Shown here piece by piece: positions 1 to 5,992 of a stretch of DNA of 18,954 nucleotides (the stretch's first letter is position 1; every line of letters starts with the position of its first letter). The position numbers and the translations under genes were made by a program. This DNA is from a virus: the IMG/VR virus record IMGVR_UViG_3300045988_028099; one strand, given 5' to 3'. The notes under the pieces are model-generated. The model was not told the DNA's origin, did no database searches, and saw nothing but the letters and a program-made list of their open reading frames with translations.

Positions 1-113
1 TGTTGGGAGGGGTGTGGGTTTGTGTGAAGATTTTCCCTTGTGGTTTTTTTTATTTGTGTATTATTTTTTTTTGTTCTGTGACCCCGTTGTCACTTTGTTG
101 TGTTTACTCCTCT

Positions 114-142
114 ATTATATTTTTTTTACGCCGTCCTGTCAA
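114..142 (-). promoter_or_regulatory. Outward-facing consensus sigma-70-type promoter in the left ITR (TTGACA-17 nt-TATAAT on the minus strand)
   Basis: tgtcaa at 137-142 and attata at 114-119 read TTGACA and TATAAT on the minus strand, with an exact 17-nt spacer. The predicted start near 107 runs toward base 1. Confidence 0.6.
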
Positions 143-355
143 ATTTTTTTACGGCGTGTCGCATATTTTTTTTATTGACACTGTGTCAATGGTTGTATGT
201 GCAACAATTCATATAGTCATTGATTAACTGGGTTAACTCATGTTGTCTAATTATCGCTAAGTTACGGTTACGTAACCGTAGCTTACCGACCGGTTGGTAG
301 TTGTCTTTTATTTTTTTGCTTCGTTTTGTTTTCGGGCGTGTCGTCTGTTTGTTTG

Positions 356-364
356 TGTTATTAT
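356..364 (+). promoter_or_regulatory. Candidate extended -10 promoter (TGtTATTAT) for the left terminal gene
   Basis: TG at 356-357 and TATTAT at 359-364, about 35 nt upstream of ATG 398 and upstream of the SD aaggaaagg. There is no good -35. A mirror copy lies at 18591-18599 on the minus strand. Confidence 0.4.
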
Positions 365-397
365 ATAACTATCAACTTCAAGGAAAGGAAAAATAAA

Positions 398-640
398 ATG
401 ATGATTTCAAACATGACCCCAAATAAAAAAAACGAACTTCTCACTACGCTGTGGAATGACCCGTCTGTAACGCTTCATGGCGTCAAGGATGGTGTTACGA
501 GTCCGATTGATCGTGACCAAGTTGTTGATGATTACGGCGTGGCTCTGTATGATTTGTATCAGTTTATACTGCCTTATGAGACAGAAGATGTGCTTCTGTT
601 TTCTGCTGAGGATATTGAAGCGTTCGCTCGTACGTGGTAA
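398..640 (+). CDS. Small acidic early protein (80 aa), unknown function
   Basis: ATG 398 is preceded by aaggaaagg. The track ORF start at 326 lies inside ITR regulatory sequence and has no SD. I counted 14 D/E versus 5 K/R. A hairpin follows the gene. Confidence 0.75.
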   Translation: MMISNMTPNKKNELLTTLWNDPSVTLHGVKDGVTSPIDRDQVVDDYGVALYDLYQFILPYETEDVLLFSAEDIEAFARTW

Positions 641-643
641 TAA

Positions 644-677
644 ATAAGCCCCCTAGGGCGTAAGCCTAGGGGCTTAT
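644..677 (+). terminator. Stem-loop after the first gene (13-bp stem with one bulged C, 7-nt loop)
   Basis: ataagcccc(c)tagg - gcgtaag - cctaggggcttat. The stem sequence is the same as in the hairpin at 18314-18346. The U-tract is weak (atagtt). Confidence 0.5.
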
Positions 678-701
678 AGTTCAAGGGAAAGGAAAAATAA
701 A

Positions 702-1082
702 ATGAATATCATTCTGAATCACAAGCATGACGTGGAAATTCAGTCTCAGCTTGATAAAGCTAATCATCTCGCCCGCACTCGCACTATCAATATTGATGAT
801 GTGTACAGTGCGGTTGCGACTCTTGAACGGAAGTTCGAAGATTGCACTGAGAAGAGCAAGGAGGGCTTGACTGTTCACGTTGATTTGAACTCTCAGGACT
901 TCCCGAACGCTTATCGTGGTGTCCCTATGAGTACTCAGTTTGTGCTTGTATATGAAAAGCGTTCGTGGCGTTTTGTTTATGCGGAACGAATGCGTTGTGG
1001 CGAGTCTAAGCGTTATGACGTAACGTTGACCGATGCAATGCGTGAGGAATTGTTGAAGCAGTTTGAGTCGTTTGACCGCTGA
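702..1082 (+). CDS. Hypothetical early protein (126 aa)
   Basis: ATG 702 is preceded by a near-exact copy of the ITR-internal SD cassette (ttcaagggaaaggaaaaataaaatg). The composition is protein-like and I recognise no motif. Confidence 0.8.
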   Translation: MNIILNHKHDVEIQSQLDKANHLARTRTINIDDVYSAVATLERKFEDCTEKSKEGLTVHVDLNSQDFPNAYRGVPMSTQFVLVYEKRSWRFVYAERMRCGESKRYDVTLTDAMREELLKQFESFDR

Positions 1083-1095
1083 TTGGAGGTGGGCA

Positions 1096-1326
1096 ATGTG
1101 GTATTTCATTATCGCTAATGACAGTTTTCAAGTGTTTGAGATTTTGCCTGACTGTGTGAAGCCTAGTGGCGTGTTTCGTGCAACATCGTTGAAATCTTCG
1201 TTGGATGGTGTTTTGTCTCACATCCGTCGTGCGTATGCTGGTATGGATGTGAGCGTGGATATTGATAATGCAACGTTTGATCTCGATAATACTATGGTTG
1301 GCGTGGTGAAGGTGGTGTTGGTATGA
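1096..1326 (+). CDS. Hypothetical early protein (76 aa)
   Basis: In-frame ATG 1096 lies 6 nt after GGAGG (1085-1089). The track start at 1063 overlaps the previous gene and has no SD. Confidence 0.65.
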   Translation: MWYFIIANDSFQVFEILPDCVKPSGVFRATSLKSSLDGVLSHIRRAYAGMDVSVDIDNATFDLDNTMVGVVKVVLV

Positions 1327-1493
1327 TGACGTGTATGAGTATTGTTGTTATCCTGTTTGCGATTCTGTTGATTGCGGTGAGTGCTGAAGCGTTTTGTGAA
1401 GCGCCGCGTGACATGCGTGATGTAATGTGTTTTTTAGTCATGCTTGTTGTGGCCGTGATTCTCGTTTTGGTTTTTGTGGTGAAAGGTTTTTGA
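1323..1493 (+). CDS. Small membrane protein (56 aa, two hydrophobic helices); below the 60-aa ORF-track cutoff
   Basis: There is an ATGA start/stop overlap with the upstream gene. My translation is MMTCMSIVVILFAILLIAVSAEAFCEAPRDMRDVMCFLVMLVVAVILVLVFVVKGF. The stop TGA at 1491-1493 is 1 nt before the next ATG (1495). Confidence 0.55.
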   Translation: MMTCMSIVVILFAILLIAVSAEAFCEAPRDMRDVMCFLVMLVVAVILVLVFVVKGF

Positions 1494-1494
1494 A

Positions 1495-1743
1495 ATGGTG
1501 AAGAATGATATGAAGGTTGCCACGTTTGATTCTCCGTTTGTGGGGGGGTGTGTGGGATTGTGGTATTGTCCTCACGGCCAACGATATGAGCTTCGATATG
1601 CTGTCCAGTTCCGCACTCCGTGCGGTGGTGTGTGTGGGGGTTCGGCGTTGTGTGCGTATGATGCGGGTGATGGATCTCAGGTGGTTGATTTGATGCTGGA
1701 TGCTATCGACATTGCCCACACCCCCTTACTGGATAGGGATTGA
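1495..1743 (+). CDS. Hypothetical early protein (82 aa, Cys/Gly-rich)
   Basis: Tightly coupled to its flanking genes. The antisense ORFs here (1438..1719, 1677..1979) translate to low-complexity R/T/H/P sequence. Confidence 0.6.
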   Translation: MVKNDMKVATFDSPFVGGCVGLWYCPHGQRYELRYAVQFRTPCGGVCGGSALCAYDAGDGSQVVDLMLDAIDIAHTPLLDRD

Positions 1744-1745
1744 TC

Positions 1746-1949
1746 ATGTATTTTCGTGGCTGGTTGCATTCGTGGACATGCGGGGATTGTACTTATGCCG
1801 ACTATTATTGGCGTTTGAGGGCGTTTTGGGCGGGCGCGAAGCGTAAGGGTGATGCTTTCACTCCGCCGAAACGGTGCCCGAGTGCCGACCTGTGGTTTGA
1901 TATGTGGTGGTGTGGTGCCGAGTCCGGTAATGAGGAATTGGAGTTTTAA
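1746..1949 (+). CDS. Hypothetical early protein (67 aa, Trp/Cys-rich, CxxC plus two distal Cys)
   Basis: ATG 1746 lies 7 nt after aggga. The track uses TTG 1740. The cysteine pattern is WTCGDC...C...C, possibly a zinc ribbon. Confidence 0.55.
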   Translation: MYFRGWLHSWTCGDCTYADYYWRLRAFWAGAKRKGDAFTPPKRCPSADLWFDMWWCGAESGNEELEF

Positions 1950-1951
1950 TC

Positions 1952-2128
1952 GTGTATGAAACTTTTGTCGCACTTGCATACCTGAGACATGGCGATAAAC
2001 CGCCTATCGAAGTGGGATACGCCACCTCATATGACAAGGCGGCTGATCTGGTGCGCAAGTGGGCGGCAGTGCCTTCGCGCACAAGGAATATTGCTTATTT
2101 CAGAGTGGAGAAGCGTTATTATGTTTAA
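1952..2128 (+). CDS. Hypothetical protein (58 aa, GTG start); below the ORF-track cutoff
   Basis: GTG 1952 lies 8 nt after ggag. My translation is VYETFVALAYLRHGDKPPIEVGYATSYDKAADLVRKWAAVPSRTRNIAYFRVEKRYYV. It looks more protein-like than the overlapping N-terminal extension of track ORF 1989..2639. It ends in an 8-nt overlap (ATGTTTAA) with the next start. Confidence 0.5.
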   Translation: MYETFVALAYLRHGDKPPIEVGYATSYDKAADLVRKWAAVPSRTRNIAYFRVEKRYYV

Positions 2129-2639
2129 CCGTGGTAATGATCGTACGCCGATTTATCGATTGCGCCGGTTTGATGATGCGATCATGGAGTCACCTCGTAT
2201 TGTCAAGGCCACGCGGGGTCGAAAACGTGAGCTGAATCTAAGACGTTACGATATGGGATACGGCGATTACGAGACATGCTGTAGGGCGGTCGACATGTTG
2301 TGTGAGCTGTGGCGTGAAGCTCCTAGCAAGTGGTTTACGGAAGCGGTGATCATGGTGTCTCAGATTTGCGGGAGTATGTGTATTGGCGATGGACTCGCCG
2401 CCGCTCTCTCCCGCACGTATGATGTGGAATATTTGGACGGCACTGTGAATCCGCCGAACCTGATTGCATGGTGTGCGGTCTGCGCCGTCAAGGGGGCTAC
2501 GTCGTATGACTGTTGCACGATTTTTGATAATCCTCAAGCTCAAAATCTGATTATCGCCGTGTTTAAAAATTTTGACAGACTCGACACGACTTGCTATAAT
2601 GACAGTGAGTTAGAAAAAATCTTACTGCAAGGGAGGTAA
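2121..2639 (+). CDS. Hypothetical early protein (172 aa, Cys-rich)
   Basis: Internal ATG 2121 of track ORF 1989..2639 (MFNRGNDRTPIY...). I recognise no motif. Confidence 0.7.
   Translation: MFNRGNDRTPIYRLRRFDDAIMESPRIVKATRGRKRELNLRRYDMGYGDYETCCRAVDMLCELWREAPSKWFTEAVIMVSQICGSMCIGDGLAAALSRTYDVEYLDGTVNPPNLIAWCAVCAVKGATSYDCCTIFDNPQAQNLIIAVFKNFDRLDTTCYNDSELEKILLQGR
2592..2600 (+). promoter_or_regulatory. Extended -10 promoter TGcTATAAT (motif ACTTGCTATAAT)
   Basis: ttgctataat at 2591-2600, about 43 nt upstream of TTG 2643. The same 12-mer recurs at 3464-3475. Confidence 0.5.
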
Positions 2640-2642
2640 AAG

Positions 2643-2960
2643 TTGGCTAGAACTAAAACCGACATTTTCCGTACAAGAGTATATGCCGTGCTGAAGGGTA
2701 TGGAATTGGTTGACGGCGATTTTTTGGAAGCGGAGCATGTTATCGACGGGCGTTTGAAGGATGCTCGTGCGTATTCGATTCGTGCGAAGAAACTGTTTCC
2801 TAATTTCATTCCACGTTCTATCAATATTTTTTCGCAAAAAGTAGCCATGAATGAGGAAACTTTTTACAAGTATGCGACTTTTGAGGAACCGCAAGAATGG
2901 AACCCCGAAGAGCATACAAACAAACGACACGCCGACATTGAAAATAATGACGGTATGTGA
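2643..2960 (+). CDS. Tentative phi29 p6-like double-stranded DNA-binding protein (105 aa)
   Basis: TTG start 7 nt after GGGAGG. The size, the position directly upstream of the SSB gene and the acidic C-terminal tail parallel phi29 gene 6. There is loose by-eye similarity (MELVDGDF..., ...RAKKLF...). This call is from memory only. Confidence 0.35.
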   Translation: MARTKTDIFRTRVYAVLKGMELVDGDFLEAEHVIDGRLKDARAYSIRAKKLFPNFIPRSINIFSQKVAMNEETFYKYATFEEPQEWNPEEHTNKRHADIENNDGM

Positions 2961-2969
2961 TATAAAAGA

Positions 2970-2989
2970 TTTTAGGCATAAGCCTAAAA
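2970..2989 (+). other. 8-bp stem-loop (ttttaggc-ataa-gcctaaaa) in the intergenic region
   Basis: Seen directly. It has no downstream T-tract on the + strand, so its terminator function is uncertain. Confidence 0.3.
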
Positions 2990-3025
2990 ACAAAATAACA
3001 ACAATATATAAGGGAAGGTAATATC

Positions 3026-3460
3026 ATGGAAAACACCAACACCGCACTTGTCGCATTCAACACCGAGTCCACCGAATTGGGAACCGTCCAGCATTTTATC
3101 GACACGTCCACCCGCGAAGGCAAGATCAAGCTCTACTCGGCATTGCAGAACGCCGAAAAGCTTGACGAACATCTCAACGAGACCCTGAACATGGTGAACG
3201 CTGTCGCGCAGGCCGTGCAGGTGACGGACGATCAGACGGGCGAAATCTCCAACACCGTGCGCGTCATCATCGTAACCGATGACAACAAGGCATACGCGGC
3301 CACCTCCCCTACGTTGGCAGCCGGATTGAACACTATGTTCGGGATCTTCGGAACCCCGAACACTTGGGAAGCACCATTGGCTATCAAGGTGGTGGAACGT
3401 CGCTCCCGTCGCGGCTTTAAGTTTTTCAGCATCGAGCCGGTGGACGAAGAGAACAAGTGA
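3026..3460 (+). CDS. Single-stranded DNA-binding protein, phi29 p5-like (144 aa)
   Basis: It shares the MENTN N-terminus and has blocks that align by eye with phi29 p5 (VNAVAQAVQVTDD..., ...IKVVERRSRRGFKFFSIE versus FKVKVVQGTSSKGNVFFSLQ). It is in the syntenic position upstream of the terminal protein and polymerase. SD aagggaagg. Confidence 0.7.
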   Translation: MENTNTALVAFNTESTELGTVQHFIDTSTREGKIKLYSALQNAEKLDEHLNETLNMVNAVAQAVQVTDDQTGEISNTVRVIIVTDDNKAYAATSPTLAAGLNTMFGIFGTPNTWEAPLAIKVVERRSRRGFKFFSIEPVDEENK

Positions 3461-3466
3461 TGAACT

Positions 3467-3475
3467 TGCTATAAT
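3467..3475 (+). promoter_or_regulatory. Extended -10 promoter TGcTATAAT upstream of the terminal-protein gene
   Basis: acttgctataat at 3464-3475, immediately after the SSB stop codons. Confidence 0.5.
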
Positions 3476-3497
3476 CTGTAAGTAATGTTCGTTCATT

Positions 3498-3523
3498 GAG
3501 AGCACCCGACTTTGGGTGCTCTC
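3498..3523 (+). promoter_or_regulatory. 10-bp GC-rich stem-loop in the leader of the terminal protein/polymerase genes
   Basis: gagagcaccc-gacttt-gggtgctctc. There is no U-tract. It lies between the 3470 -10 box and the SD (aagga 3531-3535). Confidence 0.45.
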
Positions 3524-3545
3524 GCCATCTTAAGGACTGTGCCAT

Positions 3546-4505
3546 ATGTCTCGTAAGCAAAAACATGTCAAGGCACGTCAGGCCGCGCAAGCACGCGCCG
3601 CCCGTAATATTAAACAGCTCGGCACCTATTCCCACTCGAATCTCGCCAAAACCGCAGACCAACAGTTAGTCAACATCGCGAAAACCTTGAGTAAGGAGTG
3701 GGAGCGGCAGAAACGACAGGCCATTGCGGAAGCGAAAGCAACCCCTTACCATGCCGTCGCCGTGGAGAAGCCGACGAAAAAAGACGTCATGTTCGCTAGC
3801 CGCACGCCAATAAGCGACGCGCAGATTGAAGCGGAACCGGTGGCGAAACGGCGCAAACTCTTGCGGCAGCAGCAGCGGAAAATCAATGCGGCACGACGTA
3901 AGATTAACGAATGGAACAAGTCACAGTCCATGCCACAACGAAGCGTGTATGATCAGCGCGTGTCGGAACTTGAAGGCACTACCGGTGAGGGTTTTGGGCG
4001 CACTCAGATCATCCCGTCGAAACTCACCGATTTTCTGCAAATGGCTAATGTCCTCAGTGATGAAGCTTTTGTACGAAGTCAATTGGAGAGCGGACGTCGT
4101 AACGAACTGCGTGAACAGATGCATGATGTGGCAGAAATATTGGGGCTACGTACGGAACAGAAACACAAGACGCCTAAAAAGCGGAAGATGGATACTCGCC
4201 CCGAACTGTATGACGATCATAATTGGCCGTCGTACATGTCGCGCGGGCGGTACGAAATTTTCGAAAAAATCTTAGGTACCACGCTCGGCTCGAAACGGTT
4301 GAAACGGTTCCGTCAACTGTCAGCCGCACAAAAGCGCGCGTTTATTGAACAGACCGACGCCCCCCGTGTAGTGTTCGATTGGACGGTGTATGACCCAGTC
4401 CGACACGGTTTCGCGTCAGTGTTCCGAGACAACAGTGAGGGTTATCAGCGATCACGGCGGCAGTTCGACCGGTGGATGACGGAAGCGGGTGCACTGGAAA
4501 AGTAG
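3546..4505 (+). CDS. Putative terminal protein (319 aa, very basic)
   Basis: It lies immediately upstream of the protein-primed DNA polymerase, as in phi29 and Cp-1. It has a K/R-rich N-terminus, and the genome has ITRs. I cannot see clear sequence similarity to phi29 p3. Confidence 0.6.
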   Translation: MSRKQKHVKARQAAQARAARNIKQLGTYSHSNLAKTADQQLVNIAKTLSKEWERQKRQAIAEAKATPYHAVAVEKPTKKDVMFASRTPISDAQIEAEPVAKRRKLLRQQQRKINAARRKINEWNKSQSMPQRSVYDQRVSELEGTTGEGFGRTQIIPSKLTDFLQMANVLSDEAFVRSQLESGRRNELREQMHDVAEILGLRTEQKHKTPKKRKMDTRPELYDDHNWPSYMSRGRYEIFEKILGTTLGSKRLKRFRQLSAAQKRAFIEQTDAPRVVFDWTVYDPVRHGFASVFRDNSEGYQRSRRQFDRWMTEAGALEK

Positions 4506-4533
4506 CGGTCAATAGCAAGGGAAGTTATATACT

Positions 4534-5985
4534 ATGACAGTGCATGGCGATAGAGTTGGATTATGGTGCGCGGATAATGTCGTGCGATGTACGGACGGCA
4601 CCGTGCTACGTGACGTCATCCAACCCAATCGCCTTTTGGCGTCCATCATGTCAGGCGGCAAACTCACCGTCTACATGACCAACCCCGAACTGCTTGACCC
4701 GTTTATCGCGCACGTCGTACATTCACTCCCCCATAACGAACACAACGCTAACTTGAGCTGGGACGCTATCATCTCGAAAAAGGGGAAGTTTTTCAGTTTC
4801 ACGGTACGTATCGACCGCGAGAACTCGGCTCGTTTTTTCGACATATCGAATCTTTTGCGCGAAAACTGCCATCTCACTATGACCGACACGCAATTGCTCA
4901 ATATTTTGCGTGAGTACGATCAGTACGGCTTGTGCAAGATCACGGCGGGCGGTGCGAGTATGGAAGCGTTCGCCGCGGGAGAGTGGAAATGGTATTACGA
5001 CAAATTCCCCCAGCTCGAATCGGATACGAAAAAATCATTGCATGATGCTTACATCGGCGGATTCATGCTAGCCAAAGAGGGGGTGTACGATAAGGCTATC
5101 GACGTTGATTGCAATTCCATGTATCCGTCCATACTGCGTGATGAGTGGCTTCCATGGGGAGAACCTGAACCATATGAAGGCAAATATGTAGAAGACGGCG
5201 ACATGCCATTGCATTGTGATGAACTCACGTTTCGTGCGGAACTCAAACCGGACGGATACCCCTTTCTGTTGGATAATCGAAGCGTGTATAGCCTGAACCG
5301 TCTCACCTCAACCCGTGGATATGTCACGCGCGTGCTTACCGACGTCGATCAAGAACTGCTCCGCGAAAACTATGACGTGAGCATATATCGGCACGTGCGA
5401 GGGTGGAAATTCAGGCGCTCCAAGGGCTTTTTTCGTTCGTTCGTCGACGAATGGGGGGACTTGAAACAGCGGGCGACGGGCGAGAAAAGGCAGATGGCGA
5501 AACTGATCATGAACGCTCTCGTGGGCAAAATGGCGAGTCTGCCAAAAGGCTCCGTCATGCTCCCCGCCTCACAAGATGGTGTCACGTTGGACTGGACTAT
5601 CGGACAGCGCGAGGAGTCGAATTTGAAAACCGATTTTCTCCCCGTGCCCGTATGGGTCAACGCCTACGCTCGTCGCAAGCTTATGACCGTCTGCCATGCG
5701 AACGCCGACCGGCTCCTGTATGCGAACACGGACGGATGCATATTGTCCGGCTGGGAGCCGGTACGATCATGCGAGATTCACCCGACCGAGCTAGGTAAGT
5801 GGAAGATCGCCGCACGATACGACAAGCTTACGATTTTAGGAATGAACCGCTATCAGGGCTGGAGGGATGACGGTGAGGTTGATATCTGTATGGCCGGAAG
5901 CCAATTTACGCAACCGATATCGTATGAGCAATTCCGACATGGCGTACAAGTGTTGGATGATTGTGGAACAATGATTATGCTATAA
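4534..5985 (+). CDS. Family-B protein-primed DNA polymerase (483 aa)
   Basis: Motif A DCNSMYPS (D192), motif B KLIMNALVGK (K323) and motif C YANTDG (396-401) are present. Long blocks align by eye with phi29 DNAP (LPWGEPEPYEGKYVEDGDMPLH versus LPYGEPIVFEGKYVWDEDYPLH; ITAGGASMEAF versus MTAGSDSLKGF). Confidence 0.95.
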   Translation: MTVHGDRVGLWCADNVVRCTDGTVLRDVIQPNRLLASIMSGGKLTVYMTNPELLDPFIAHVVHSLPHNEHNANLSWDAIISKKGKFFSFTVRIDRENSARFFDISNLLRENCHLTMTDTQLLNILREYDQYGLCKITAGGASMEAFAAGEWKWYYDKFPQLESDTKKSLHDAYIGGFMLAKEGVYDKAIDVDCNSMYPSILRDEWLPWGEPEPYEGKYVEDGDMPLHCDELTFRAELKPDGYPFLLDNRSVYSLNRLTSTRGYVTRVLTDVDQELLRENYDVSIYRHVRGWKFRRSKGFFRSFVDEWGDLKQRATGEKRQMAKLIMNALVGKMASLPKGSVMLPASQDGVTLDWTIGQREESNLKTDFLPVPVWVNAYARRKLMTVCHANADRLLYANTDGCILSGWEPVRSCEIHPTELGKWKIAARYDKLTILGMNRYQGWRDDGEVDICMAGSQFTQPISYEQFRHGVQVLDDCGTMIML

Positions 5986-5986
5986 T
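5978..5986 (+). promoter_or_regulatory. Extended -10 promoter TGcTATAAT overlapping the polymerase stop codon
   Basis: atgctataat at 5977-5986. There is no -35, which is the same architecture as the other TGnTATAAT boxes. Confidence 0.5.
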
Positions 5987-5992
5987 ATGCTC

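Larger units (their letters stand above)
1..402. repeat. Left inverted terminal repeat (ITR) of a linear, protein-primed phage genome
   Basis: Bases 1-402 are the reverse complement of 18552-18954. I checked this block by block and found one difference: A5 at 389-393 versus A6 in the right copy. The identical 74-aa track ORFs 3..227(+) and 18728..18952(-) are a by-product of the repeat. The + strand is T/G-rich with T7-T9 runs. Confidence 0.95.

Noticed and set aside
1-30. G-tracts at the termini (ttGGGaGGGGtgtGGGtttg) as a possible G-quadruplex
   Set aside because: Only three G-runs are present on the strand, and a fourth is needed for an intramolecular quadruplex. An intermolecular structure is pure speculation, so I record it as compositional telomere-like G/T richness only.
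3-227. 74-aa ORF at the left end, with an identical ORF at 18728..18952 on the minus strand
   Set aside because: It lies entirely in the T-rich ITR and starts 2 nt from the genome end with no room for a promoter or SD. The translation is a poly-Phe/Cys/Ile artefact of T-runs. The identity of the two copies simply reflects the ITR.
326-397. N-terminal extension of the first gene (track start at 326)
   Set aside because: The extension (MFSGVSSVCLCYYITINFKERKNK) covers the candidate promoter and the SD cassette. ATG 398 has a proper SD and is the point where the two ITR-driven genes start.
1438-2082. Three overlapping minus-strand ORFs (1438..1719, 1677..1979, 1858..2082) in the early region
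   Set aside because: Their translations are low-complexity (R/T/H/P/Q). No SDs are present. The plus-strand ORFs are translationally coupled (ATGA and 1-nt spacings) and more protein-like.
1989-2120. N-terminal 44 codons of track ORF 1989..2639
   Set aside because: This part (MAINRLSKWDTPPHMTRRLIWCASGRQCLRAQG...) looks like an out-of-frame read of the better 58-codon GTG ORF 1952..2128. ATG 2121 is the likelier start.
3826-4275. Alternative-frame ORFs inside the TP and DNAP genes (3826..4275 +, 5403..5798 +, and several on the minus strand)
   Set aside because: They are fully embedded in genes with stronger evidence. They have R/S/C-rich junk-like translations and no SDs.
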